From Haliotis rufescens (taxonomy: Eukaryota): a stretch of DNA of 64,000 nt. The notes under the pieces are model-generated. The model did no database searches. It was given only the letters and a program-made list of their open reading frames with translations, and was not told the DNA's origin. The position numbers and the translations under genes are program-made. Every line of letters begins with the position of its first letter. The stretch's first letter is position 1. Shown here piece after piece: positions 27,701-38,479 of the stretch. The DNA is taken from NCBI RefSeq assembly GCF_023055435.1, contig NW_025964372.1, positions 13,640,001 to 13,704,000 on the forward strand, written 5' to 3'.

Positions 27701-29026
27701 GTGTTGACATCCCACGCCTAGTTCACGCACACAGTTAACGGTGTTGACATCCCACGCCTAGTTCACGCACACAGTTAACGGTGTTGACATCCCGCACCTA
27801 GTTCACGCACACAGTTAACGGTGTTGACATCCCACGCCTAGTTCACGCACACAGTTAACGGTGTTGACATCCCTCGCCTAGTTCACGCACACAGTTAACG
27901 GTGTTGACATCCCACGCCTAGTTCACGCACACAGTTAACGGTGTTGACATCCCTCGCCTAGTTCACGCACACAGTTAACGGTGTTGACATCCCTCGCCTA
28001 GTTCACGCACACAGTTAACGGTGTCGACATCCCACGCCTAGTTCACGCACCCAGTTAACGGTGTTGACACCCCATACCTAGTTCACGCACACAGTTAACG
28101 GTGTTGACATCCCACATCTATTTCATGCACACAGTTAACCCTGCTGACACCCCACACCTAGTTCACGCACCCAGTTAACGGTGTTGGCAGCTCTCCCTTC
28201 CAGCATCAGCTGCAGCCGAGGGCCGGGGGACTGCTTGAACCTCTGCACAAGCTGACGATGAGAGAAACCTCTTAGATCTACCGACATATGCACCGGCGGT
28301 TTCATGAAGACTAGAGTTGTCAGACAAATAGAGTGAGTGACTTGGTTTTAAAGCCGCTTTGAACACTGCTCCAGTTATATCACGGCATTGTAGGCTTACG
28401 GGGGAGAAAAGCCCGAAGTCATGCAGGTCTCCTCCACTTGGGTGAAACCCATGAGCACGGGTATGGTGCTGACAAACCTAGAAACATAATCGGAGTGAAC
28501 CGGGGTTCGAGCCAACGATCATAGGTTCCTAGCGTGCCCAAGGGATGCAACTCCACCTAAGACAACGTGGCGACCCGTGCCTCCAAATAAATAGAGACTG
28601 ACCCTCCATTGTTGTCAGTCAATTTGTGAAAATGTATTTTCTACGATACAACTTGGTAAGGTCGAATAGTGTTATCATGTTGCTTTCCAGATGAAGGATA
28701 TCTCCTGTATAAAGAAAACACATTTATGGGCATTTATTTCTATAAAAATACCATCCCACAACAAACAAATGAAAATCTTTTCGAAAGAGAACTTGTTCCG
28801 AGAATACTCTATGTCCTTTGACCCTTGATTAGCGCAGAAGTTTACCTCCAGTGTGTGGCTATATTCAGCATCACTGAGCAGCGGGCGGACTGCACGCAGG
28901 TACGTCTGCAGGGTTTGTTCAATGGTGGGTACGGGGAGTCTTGGCAGCGTTTCCTGTATTCCCCTCATCGTCCCCTGTGGTGTCGTATCGACCTGTAGCT
29001 GGGGTGGCGTCCGCCCAGGCTTGTAA
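15720..29026 (-). CDS. CRAT: Carnitine O-acetyltransferase (choline/carnitine acyltransferase family); 13 exons, ~617 codons, first exon not located
   Basis: Exons 28846-29026, 28171-28251, 25328-25446, 24918-24971, 23986-24154, 23476-23647, 22329-22510, 21858-21958, 20955-21077, 19795-19917, 18463-18661, 17326-17463 and 15720-15932, all GT-AG and in phase. Motifs: LPRLPVP, NW/LSDWW, CRIPG, NRFFDK, catalytic EHTPADG, SPDGYVQ, YESGSLRRF..GRTDTIRS (TDT is carnitine-type; ChAT has VDN), GIDRHLLG, LSTSQ, GFGAVVPDGYG; C-terminal AKV. Confidence 0.92.
16325..16487 (-). mobile_element. tRNA-derived SINE family B
   Basis: A/B boxes on the - strand, GAGT-type tail, flanking ccctgtgt duplication. Confidence 0.8.
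16977..17190 (-). mobile_element. SINE family A, 5'-truncated
   Basis: Target-site duplication taaaatgtcagag; (AACC)n tail. Confidence 0.85.
17631..17800 (-). mobile_element. tRNA-derived SINE family B
   Basis: ggaatcgaacccggg B-box, (GAGT)n tail, imperfect TSD cac(a/c)gaggtc(a/t)gag. Confidence 0.8.
18733..19811. repeat. 25/26-bp minisatellite (~41 copies) made of an exon end plus 5' splice site
   Basis: - strand unit cagttggcctacttcag|gtgagtaca; the first unit contains the real donor at 19794. Confidence 0.95.
20253..20363. mobile_element. Short inverted-repeat (MITE-like) element
   Basis: ggtaagacctccgcccgtatccccctc / gaggggggatacgagcggaagtcttacc. Confidence 0.55.
22628..22891 (-). mobile_element. 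SINE family A, full length
   Basis: 12-bp TSD ggtgatcatagt on both sides. Confidence 0.88.
24330..24925. repeat. ~53-55-bp minisatellite (~11 copies) containing a 5' splice site
   Basis: - strand atagatgg|gtaagacctagcgaccttg..., repeated from the donor at 24917. Confidence 0.92.
25880..28186. repeat. 40-bp minisatellite (~57 copies) made of an exon end plus 5' splice site
   Basis: - strand caacaccgttaactg(g/t)|gtgcgtgaactaggtgtgggatgt; the first unit contains the real donor at 28170. Confidence 0.95.
28330..28585 (-). mobile_element. tRNA-derived SINE family C
   Basis: Similar to 34489-34758; (GAGT)n tail. Confidence 0.75.
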
Positions 29027-29332
29027 CTGTGTGGTAAAAGGTGAGATGGTTCAAGCTAGCAAAATGGTTCAAGTCCCATTGGTTCATTGTGTTACGACGA
29101 TTGCAGTTCTGTGATACACTGGAAACTCGGCTTACCCAATGGCGTGGCCATTAGCTGTGCATGATGCGCAAACAAGGTTTCAATTTAATCAATTGAACGG
29201 TAATTTAGTTCTGATGAGTGAGTGCGTTATGGTGTATGCCACAATCACCAATATTACAGCTATACATCGACGGCCTCTTAATGATTGAAGCAAACGGGTG
29301 GTTTATACCATGAGCAAACATCAACGATGTAC

Positions 29333-29610
29333 CAGTGAAGACCGGGGTTAGGATACTTGCCGTAAAAGGCGACTATGCTTGTCGTAAAAGGCGACTATGC
29401 TTGTAAGAGGCGACTAACGGGATCGGATGGTCAGACTCGCTGACTTGGTTGATGCATGTCATCGTATCCAATTCTACCCAATTGCTCGGATCGATGCTCA
29501 TGATGTCAATCACTTGCTTGTCTGGTCCAGACTCGATTATTTACAGACCGCCGTCATATAGCAGGAATAATGCTGAGTGCGGCGTTAAACGCCAACCAAC
29601 CAATCAAACA
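29333..29610 (+). mobile_element. SINE family A with triplicated internal 22-bp module
   Basis: (atgcttgtcgtaaaaggcgact) x3 followed by the family A body. Confidence 0.8.
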
Positions 29611-30249
29611 TCCACGATGACCACAATGAGTCGGATCACACACTGTAACCCTCCGGTCCTCATCCTTCATGTCACCTATGGTGTATCTGCATTTTAGAGG
29701 ACATACCGGTCGTGTTGCCTCCAGACGTGTTAGCTTTCTGTGCAGAACGTTTCTAACGCCACGACATACAGTTCTACACAGAACCTTTCTAACGTGTAAA
29801 TGTACTCACGTACGGAGCAGAGATAACTTAAACGACAGGTGGGTGGATATCAATGTTTATCTTACCATAGAACTGCTTCGCAAATTCAGTGGTGAAGCAC
29901 CTTGTCATGAATTCGCATAAACCCTCTCCTCGCGGTTTGAACATGCGGCCTGCCTCGTCCATTATCGAGAACACACAAAGGATTGCTGACATTTCCATCG
30001 CTTGCACGTGTGCTTCATGCGTTGATCACGAGACTGCACTGAATCCGTGCAATACTCAGTGAGTGTCATGACACGTGGTCAGATGTCCAAGAATGAAGAC
30101 AGCTGTAAATTCCTTTGTGAAGCATTTAAAACCATATAAATGCACTTGTTTAGGTTTATTTTTCAGGTAGGCATGGTTTAATTCCTTTGGCTTGAATATG
30201 CACTGTATTTCATTATTGAAATAAACAGAGGGTATATTCTAAGACTTGA

Positions 30250-30457
30250 TTGGTTGGTTGGTTGGTTTGTTGTTTAACGCCGCACTCAGCAATATTCCAG
30301 CTATATGACGGCGGTCTGTATATAATCGAGTCTGGACCAGACAATCCAGTGATTAATATCATGAGCATCGATCAACGCAATTTGGATCGCTGACATGCAT
30401 CAACCAAGTCAGCGAGCCTGACCACCCGATCCCGTTAGTCGCCTTTTACGACAAGCA
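30250..30457 (-). mobile_element. SINE family A, 5'-truncated
   Basis: Near-identical to 16977-17190. Confidence 0.85.
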
Positions 30458-30474
30458 GTCGGCCGTTACTATGG

Positions 30475-30768
30475 GGAGGTGAGGTGAAATGGGGTTTAAC
30501 GTCGTAGTCCAAGGGAGGGGGACGCAAATAAGATTATTAATTACTTATTCAAGGTAACGTGTGTTTGTCGTCAGCCTAGTGAGATACTATGCCGTAGTTT
30601 AACATGAATATACTAGTCAGACACAGTATACTGACTCCGACCAGTCCTTAGCCCCTTTATGTCGAGCGTCAGGCAAAACAATGAGTGCAGTCTTTTAATA
30701 TCTTTTGGTATGACGCGGCCGGGGATCGAACCCCGAACTTTCCGCTCTCCGGGCGGACTTGGCCACAG
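30475..30768 (-). mobile_element. tRNA-derived SINE family D (degenerate)
   Basis: Similar to 46449-46777; B-box ggggatcgaacccc. Confidence 0.7.
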
Positions 30769-31171
30769 AGGACATCCCAACCATTAGATATTCTGGGGGT
30801 TGCCTGGGATTTTGTACCGAGAATAGACATTTTTCAGCTACAGCTATGCGATCAATAGTGCTCGATGTGGTCCTATATCAAGTGCATACCTGCCCCGTGA
30901 CATGGATGTCAAAATCCAAATAGCCAGAGTGAGGTACACGTGAGAAAGGCACGGGGAACGCTTTTCACATTCATCACGTTTGAAACTAGATCCATATAGC
31001 TACAGAAAAGGTCTTTCTGATTGGCTAATGTAGACTTCATGTTAGTCATTTCATTTGTCGATCAAAGTTCGCAAAAGGTCGTTCTGACGTTAGTCCAAAA
31101 TTATTATTCAAACTATTTTCACATTCTTCATACATTCCTTCTTCATATCCTTCTAATAGCCTTTGCACCTT

Positions 31172-31455
31172 TTATAAACACTGTCACACATTGCAATCGA
31201 ATTCCGATCTATTTACTGATCGAAAACCGGTTAAGAACTGAGTAAAGTCGTCGAGCAAAAGCATCTTTCCGGGGAAAGGGCGAAACGGACTCTAAAAGTA
31301 TAGTTTCCACCCTTGCTGAACTAGGCTGGAATTCCGGAATTACATGTTGGCTGGACTAACGAGTCTATGCATAGCCGAATCAATCCGGTTCGTAAACAAC
31401 ATGGATTTCAAAGTGTAGATTTCGGTTGACTGTAGCATCTCCAAAGCATGTGTGT
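31172..31455. repeat. Dispersed non-coding repeat, copy 1
   Basis: taaacactgtcacacattgcaatcgaattccgatct... repeated at 35252-35562. Confidence 0.8.
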
Positions 31456-33002
31456 TATCAACTATGGCCTTGCAAAGGCCTTGCGCTGTCCATTGCTGCA
31501 CTAAAAGGACTGTCGGATATGCTAGAAAAATGCTTTTCGCCCGTTAAACCAAGATATAATATTTCAGAGACTGTGAAAGTACCGATCTACCTACCTGTGG
31601 TTTGAAGTATTTCAAACACAAGGAGTCCTTACGGAGGAAATGTCTCTCGTTAGTTACCAGAACTATTCACTCGTTTCATAAAGTTGGTATTACACGGGAG
31701 CTCGATGGTTGTTACTGTCCCGATACAAGATAACTTTCATCCAGAGGATCAACACGGCGCCAAGACATTTTGTAGCATACATACCTGTTGACTCAAGTAG
31801 CGTTACAGTCATTAAGCGCACATATGTAATCCAGAGGGTGAAACAAATTGTAATTTGTAATGTGGTACTTTCAGAAGCAGGAAAAAAGAACATGACACAT
31901 TTGAGTTTAAATACATATCTAATATAAAAATAGAAAAACATACAAACATATCATCAAAACAAGTACTAGTAATATGATTCACAACAATAACATTTGGTAT
32001 TGCTTTCAAGGACATGCGATATTAAGTTGACACAATCCTAGTGGTATATATTATAAATGAAATGACATAAAAACTCTTCTGCTGGCGCATCACACGTCAG
32101 CAGCATATGTTGCAGTGTCTAGAATTGAACGAACACCGATACCAGGGACACAATGACTGGACAGAATGGCATACAAAGTGTTTTGTGAATATCCATTGGT
32201 AAAGATATTAATATTTGTTCATAATTTATCTTTTCTAAGTAATTGTTACATTGTTGTAATATTATTTTATAATGATCTAGATCAGTGGAAACTTGCAGAG
32301 ATTGTAAAAATTGAAAGCCACAACGTTATGAGTGCGTAGTTTTTATATCACCATGAATCCTACTTCTCTATGAGAGTTACCTCCCTGAAACTTACCGTAT
32401 TGTATGTGTACTCGTGTATCCTGACACGTCAGTTATTTACGCTGTACAAAAGTGCTCATACCTCGCTCCACAAAAACTCGGTCAACGTTTCCCGCCTGTC
32501 CCCATGACTAAGTTGTTGTTCCTTTGATAATTGTGCCCGAATAACACAAACAGGTTTCATGTAATAATCTACAGTTAGGAATGTTTTACAAAATATTTTC
32601 ATAATGATTTATGCATTTCATATGTACACATATCATTATGCATGTCCGTTTTAAGATTTTGCCCGAATAACACAAACATGTTTAGTTTAATAATGTACAG
32701 CTGGTAAGGTTTTACAAATATTTTCACAATTACTTATGTATTTCATATGTACACATATCATTATGCATATGCGAGATAAAGATAAGGTTTCTTTTGAAAC
32801 ATCCACCTCATCTAAATTCGCTTGGTGTTTTATGTCATTAATTATGATGTGAAAGGACATTAATTTATAACGAAAATCATGTTCGTTACTATATTGATAA
32901 ACATTATAGTTAGAATTTTCAACAAGGTTTGAAGAGTAGTCTCCCTTCGATCCCCAACGTCAACGATGGTAAAGGCCAGGTTTTCATTTAATGTACAATA
33001 TA

Positions 33003-34420
33003 TACTGAACCGCAAAAGAAACGTCGCGATGGATAGATATATGAGAAACCTTACTTGTCCAAACACTGTAAACATAGTTTGAGACATATTAAGAAGATGA
33101 AACATGGCAAAACTGATCATCAAGGTTGAAATTAAAGTGTCAAATGTTCTCAAAGTGAAACACAACACTAGTCTCTGAGAAAATGGCATCACAATGCAGT
33201 GTCTCGTGTGTCCATGGAATGGATGAGGTGGTTGATAAAGGCCATAGGCACTTGAGCCCACACTCTGAGGAACGCCTGACGCAGTTCAGCTGCAGTTGTC
33301 GGCCTTGGTCGGACACCATTCAGCCGTCTTTGAATCTCGTCCCACAGGTGCTCAATGGGATTTAAATCGGGACTGAGGGAAGGCCACTGCATGGTTCTCA
33401 TGTCATTCTGCTGGGGGAAGTCTCGTGTTGCTCTCGCAGTGTGTGCACGGGCGTTATCATGCTGAAACTGGTTGCGATGTGCCAAATGATGTATGGCGTG
33501 TGGACTCAAGACTTGATCAATGTACAGTGCTGCTGTGACACCATTGTCTCTCCCTGGGCCGATGTTCCGGAAGACCACAGGGCCGACCCTCTGTGCAATT
33601 CCACCCCACACCATGATGCTCGGACTACCCAACGAGTCTCTCTCAACAACACAAGCCTCCGAATAACGTTCCCCACGGCGTCGCCAGACTCTCTCTCTGC
33701 TATCTGCTGTTGAGATACAGTAACGGCTCTCGTCTGAGAAGAGGACTCTCCTCCACTGCTGGTAGCGCCAATGCTGGTGCTGTGTTGCCCACTGAAGACG
33801 GTCTCGGCGATGACGTCCTCGGAATGGGTCCTCGGTGTGGCCTGTGACAGTGGAGGTGTCTGCTCGTCAATCGTCAACGCACGGTGTCCGCACTAATGTG
33901 TCGCTGGTGTGTCCCCATGGTCTGTCGAGCAGTTTCCGCAACAGTAACAAAGTGATCTTGAAGATACTGTCGCACAAACTGACGACCCTTGGTCTTCCAC
34001 TACGTGGTCGGTCATCTGTAGTGTTGGTGATCTGGTACCGTTGCTGGAGCCTGTATATGGTCCTCACGTTGACTTGAAATGCAATGGCTACTTGCCGGGC
34101 AGTTTGTCCAGCTTGCAATCGTCCAAGGGCTTGGTGTCGGCTGATTTCTTGTCAATCTTGGCATGTGTTAGCAATTAAATAACGAATTAATGTTATCCGA
34201 TCTGGGTGGATATTTATGCATTGGGTTACCATGGCCGTTGCAGTGATGCGTTTGGGCGATCGGTTTTATTGTCATCTGCTTTGTTTTTTTAATCAAATTT
34301 CATTTTTTCCGGTCAAGGTAATGTTAAATTTTAGAAACTTTGACAAAAAATACCCAGATATTTTAATGACAACTTTTCATGCAATGTTACTTGGGGTGAC
34401 GTTTTTTTTGCGGTTCAGTA
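33003..34420 (-). mobile_element. Tc1-family DNA transposon, full length, transposase frameshifted
   Basis: TIRs tactgaaccgcaaaagaaacgtc / gacgttttttttgcggttcagta flanked by TA; fragments DRPRSGRPR, MVWGGI, FQHDNARAHTA, WPSLSPDLNPIEHLW. Confidence 0.93.
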
Positions 34421-34454
34421 TATATACTAGCAAGTGTAAATCTTTTGGCATAAT

Positions 34455-35203
34455 ATACTGATCAACAAAGGTTCCTGTGACAATGAATAGTGAGTGAGTT
34501 GGGTTTAACGCCGCTTTTAACAATATTCCAGTTATATCGCGGCGTGTCAGCTTAATGTGGGAGGAAAACCCGAAGTGATGCAGGTCTCCTCCACTTCGGT
34601 GAAAACCATGAGCACGGGTATGGTGCTGGCAAACCTAGAAACATAATCGGAGCGAACCGGGATTCGAACCCATAATCATAGGTTTCTGGCGTGCCCAAGG
34701 GACGCAACTCTGCACAGCGAATCGGGGCGCCTTAGACGACTGGGCCACCCGTGCCCCCATGACATTGAATAAGATTTAATGCAAAGTTATGTTTTTACCA
34801 AATCTGAAACAATTTCGGTTTGCAACAGATAAAAGACTCCTATAAGTGTTCAAATGGTTTTATTTGCCATGTTCACTTCAGAAAATGCGTGATTTCATAA
34901 AAAAAAACATGAACATGCCAAAAAGTCAATTTACAAATCAATAGCGTGTGTGTCCACCTCTGGTTGCGATGCAAGCAACACATCTTCGTCTCATGGAATC
35001 GACCAGGCGTCGCACAAAGTCCTGTGGGATATCTGTCCATATCTGCTGGAGCATGTTTCGAAGTTCCTGGAGTGTCTCTGGAACACGTGGCTGACGTCGA
35101 AGGCGCCGATCCATCTCATCCCACATGTGCTCGATTGGTGAGAGATCAGGGAAACGAGCCGGCCAGGGGATGACATTCACGTTGTTTTGTTGGAGAGAAT
35201 CCT
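34455..35203 (-). mobile_element. Tc1 transposon 3' fragment
   Basis: WPARFPDLSPIEHMWD...SMRRRCVACIATRGGHTRY*; probable terminus tatactgatc at ~34453. Confidence 0.85.
34489..34758 (-). mobile_element. tRNA-derived SINE family C inserted in a Tc1 end
   Basis: A-box tggcccagtcg, B-box ggttcgaatcc, TSD tgaca(a/t)tgaata. Confidence 0.85.
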
Positions 35204-35251
35204 GAAAAAATATATGGTTTTGTAATCTTAGCTCAGGGCTCAGGTACACCT

Positions 35252-35562
35252 TGATAAACACTGTCACACATTGCAATCGAATTCCGATCTATTTAGTGAT
35301 CGAAAACCGGACAAGAACTGAGTAAAGTCGTCTGTATGCCTGGCAAAAGCGTCTTTCCGAGGCAAGGGCGTTAACGGACTCTAAAAGTCTAGTTTCCACT
35401 CTTGCTAAACTAGGCTGGAATTCCGGAGTTACACTTTCGCTGGACTAACGAGACTATGCATAGCACAATCAAAATCGCGTAACGAACTAGACATCCGGTT
35501 CGTAAACAACGTGGATTTCAACGTGCAGATTTCGGTTGACTGTAGGATTTTCAAAGCATGTG
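35252..35562. repeat. Dispersed non-coding repeat, copy 2
   Basis: High similarity to 31172-31455. Confidence 0.8.
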
Positions 35563-35864
35563 TGCCGTTAATTGGGCGTCGACAGACATTTTGTAAATCT
35601 TTTCATGGTCTTAATCAATTTGCTCAAGTGAGTTGATGCACTTCGCGGGGTAAGACCCATTTTATTACGAAGACAATCTTGATTATCGAACATACTCTAT
35701 TGACGGGGTGCCGCCATTGTGTTTGAATCAAATGCAAGTGATATGATAGGTGGAATCTAATTGGTCAACAAGAGAGACATACAAGGGACATAACCCGTAT
35801 TCGCCATTGGTGGCGCTACGATCGAATCACGAAATTGCAGCCTAGTTCGGCAAGGGTGGGGGTC

Positions 35865-36213
35865 CTCGGTTGATTGGGGTCTCGGGCTGATATGGGTGTC
35901 TTGGGCTGATAAGGGGGTCTTGGGCTGATATGGGGGTCTCGGGCTGACATGGGGGTCTTGGGCTGATATTGGGGTCTCAGGTTGGGTTGATATGGGGGGT
36001 CTCGGGTTGGGTTGATATTTGGTTCTTGGGTTGACAAAGGGATCTCGGGCTGACATGGGGGTCTCGGGCTGATATGGTGGTCTCGGGCTGATATGGGGGT
36101 TTGGGGGTGACATGGGGGTCTTGGGCTGATATTGGGGTCTCGGGCTGACATGGGGGTCTCGGGCTGATATGGTGGTCTCGGGCTGATATGGGGGTCTCGG
36201 GCTGATATGGGGT
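35865..36213. repeat. ~19-bp G-rich minisatellite
   Basis: Unit tcgggctgatatgggggtc. Confidence 0.9.
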
Positions 36214-36990
36214 ATCACATGAAAACTGCCAAAAAATAACCTCTGAGTATCATACTACACCCTGATTGCCCGATAAAGGTATAGTCACCAATTTGATAGT
36301 CAGCCACAAGTCTTCCATTCACAACATGTGTGCTCAGAATTGAACACAATTCCAATGGTGTTTTTTCAAAGTTATTTATAAATTTGTCACATGAATATCT
36401 TTCCATGTCAACTTTTCTGAAGAAATCTATTAAGTAATGAGTTCCTTCAACATGGTAAATATCAGTGTTCTCCATATAGTCTAGCATCACACTGGTTCTA
36501 CCGTTCATCGCATCCTTGTACAAAAGAACCTTAGCGCTACGCACGACTGTCGCACGGCTATGTTTGGTAAGGGAGTTACCATAACCTTAGCACCCAGCCG
36601 TTTCACGACAGCCTTTTAGCGCTACGACCTCCTAACCACTACACACAGTTTACGACCCTCTTTAGGGTCTCATTACGACCGTTTCACGAAAGCATCTTAA
36701 TGTTGTTAAGTCAATCTTAAACGAGTAAATCGCGAGACTTACGAGACAGCAACGGGACCCGAGACAGCAACGGGACCCGGAAGTGAATGGGCACCTGTCA
36801 GTTTGATCTGCACATGAACAATTGCCAATTGTGTAAAACCGATGCCAATCACCCAGAAGAATTGTGCAAGCACCTGGAAAATAAGTTGTCTCACAATCTG
36901 ACATCACTGGCAACATTAGAAATTACGTAAAATTAACATTAGTCATTCCAGAATGCTTTGATAAAGGAATCCAAAACTAACGTGTATATA

Positions 36991-37320
36991 CGAGGGGCGT
37001 TCAATAAGTTTAGCAACTTTAATATTAGACCAAGTCGCAGAATATCTTTTGCACTATTACTTCTCAATATAATCTCCATTCACCTGAAAACACTTATTCC
37101 ATTTGTCTTTCAAGCTTTTAATACCACTTTTATAGAAATCCGCAGATTGGCCCTCTAACCACGCCTCTGTGGCAGCCTTTATGTCCTCGTAATCATGGAA
37201 GCATCTTCCACGTAGGGCAGATTTCATTTGCCGGAACAGGAAATAGTCACTTGGGGCTAAGTCTGGACTGTCGGATGGGTGATTTAACTGTTCGAACCCA
37301 GACTTAGCCCCCAATGACTA
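36991..37320 (-). mobile_element. mariner (DD34D) 3' fragment with terminal inverted repeat
   Basis: SPDLAPSDYFLF...WNKCFQVNGDYIEK*; TIR ta|cgaggggcgttcaataag, same as at 50613. Confidence 0.9.
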
Positions 37321-37489
37321 TTTCTGCACACTGTGGAACAACAGGCCTAGGGCATGTAGGATAGTTTTGGTTAGAAAAAGTGACTCATCCACAACATATT
37401 GCATTGATTTTACACGATTAAATCATGAATGACATGACAGTTGGAGACAGTTTTCCCAAGAGCTGATGACAGTTTGGTGTCTCTCGGTG

Positions 37490-38270
37490 ACACGGGACTC
37501 GTCAGTAAACAGTACATTTCTCCACCTTGCACGTGCCCATCTAACCCTCTGTTGGCACCAAAGCAGACGGTCCGCCAGATGACGTGGGGTCAATATATGA
37601 CGTCGAACAGGTCTTCGTGCAAAAAGTCCAGCCTCCCTCAGTCTGTTGCGTACCGTTTGATCTGATATGCTGCGTACCCAAGGGATCTGTGTGGTTGTAG
37701 ACGTGGCTGTAGTAGTGCGGTCTCGGAGGTGTCGCAGCCGGATGTATCGATCTTGTGCTTGGGTTGTCACCCTTGGTCTTCCTGACCTTGGTCTGTCGTC
37801 AACTCTGTTGGTGTTGTTGTATCGGGTCAACAGTGCGGAGATTGTCTGTCTTGATACACCAAAGTGCCTGGCCACTTCTTGCTGAGTTGCTCCAGCTTGT
37901 GATCTCCCAATGGCGTTGTTCCGTTGAGCTGCATTCAGTCTTGGCATACTGTCACCGGCCTCTACTGCCGTTATAAGGACTGTATGAACAGCCGTTGATG
38001 TGGATTTTTATGCCCATTCAGCAGAGGGGCCTGCATGCCTAAATGCAGGATCCTGTGCTGCACGTTTTTTAAAGGCGGTTGCGTTTGGATGAAGCTGTAA
38101 AATTGATCCCCAAACGCTACGTTCATGTGCTTTGCATGTGTTTTCGTGAATTATAGACACATCATCTTTCTGTTTGACTTATTTGGTTCTCATTTAATGT
38201 AATTATTTTAGATATTTGGCAAAAAGTGGTTTTACATCTATGTAAAGTTTCTTTTTTTTAAGAGAATATA
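37490..38270 (-). mobile_element. Tc1 transposon 5' fragment (paired-like HTH to the first catalytic Asp)
   Basis: MPRL...VARHFGVSRQTI...DRPRSGRPRVTT..QDRYIR...WRNVLFTDESR. Confidence 0.9.
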
Positions 38271-38479
38271 TTGACACGGAGGATAAAATTTTAAACTGCA
38301 GAAATAGTATATTATGTGCGAGGTTGAATTTACAGTTTGATTTCACCAATAAACATCATTTGTGTCAGCAGTGTGGAGTTCTGCTTATAATAATTTTATG
38401 GGATGGTTAGTGATCATCACAATGGTGGGAGTCATCCGTGAAGCTGGACAATTTTACAAAAAGAAATAAGAAAGGTCGT

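Noticed and set aside
15720-29026. Choline acetyltransferase forming a cholinergic cluster with the nAChR
   Set aside because: GRTDTIRS (not VDN), the STS motif and the AKV terminus indicate carnitine acetyltransferase; the genes are 27 kb apart with no evidence of functional linkage
29866-29998. Candidate first coding exon of CrAT (MEMSAIL...QFY, gtaag donor)
   Set aside because: Ends in phase 1 whereas the next exon needs phase 2; no homology support. It could still be a UTR exon.
34455-38270. One Tc1 element split by insertions
   Set aside because: The putative termini at ~34453 and ~38270 are not inverted copies of each other, so they are treated as separate fragments
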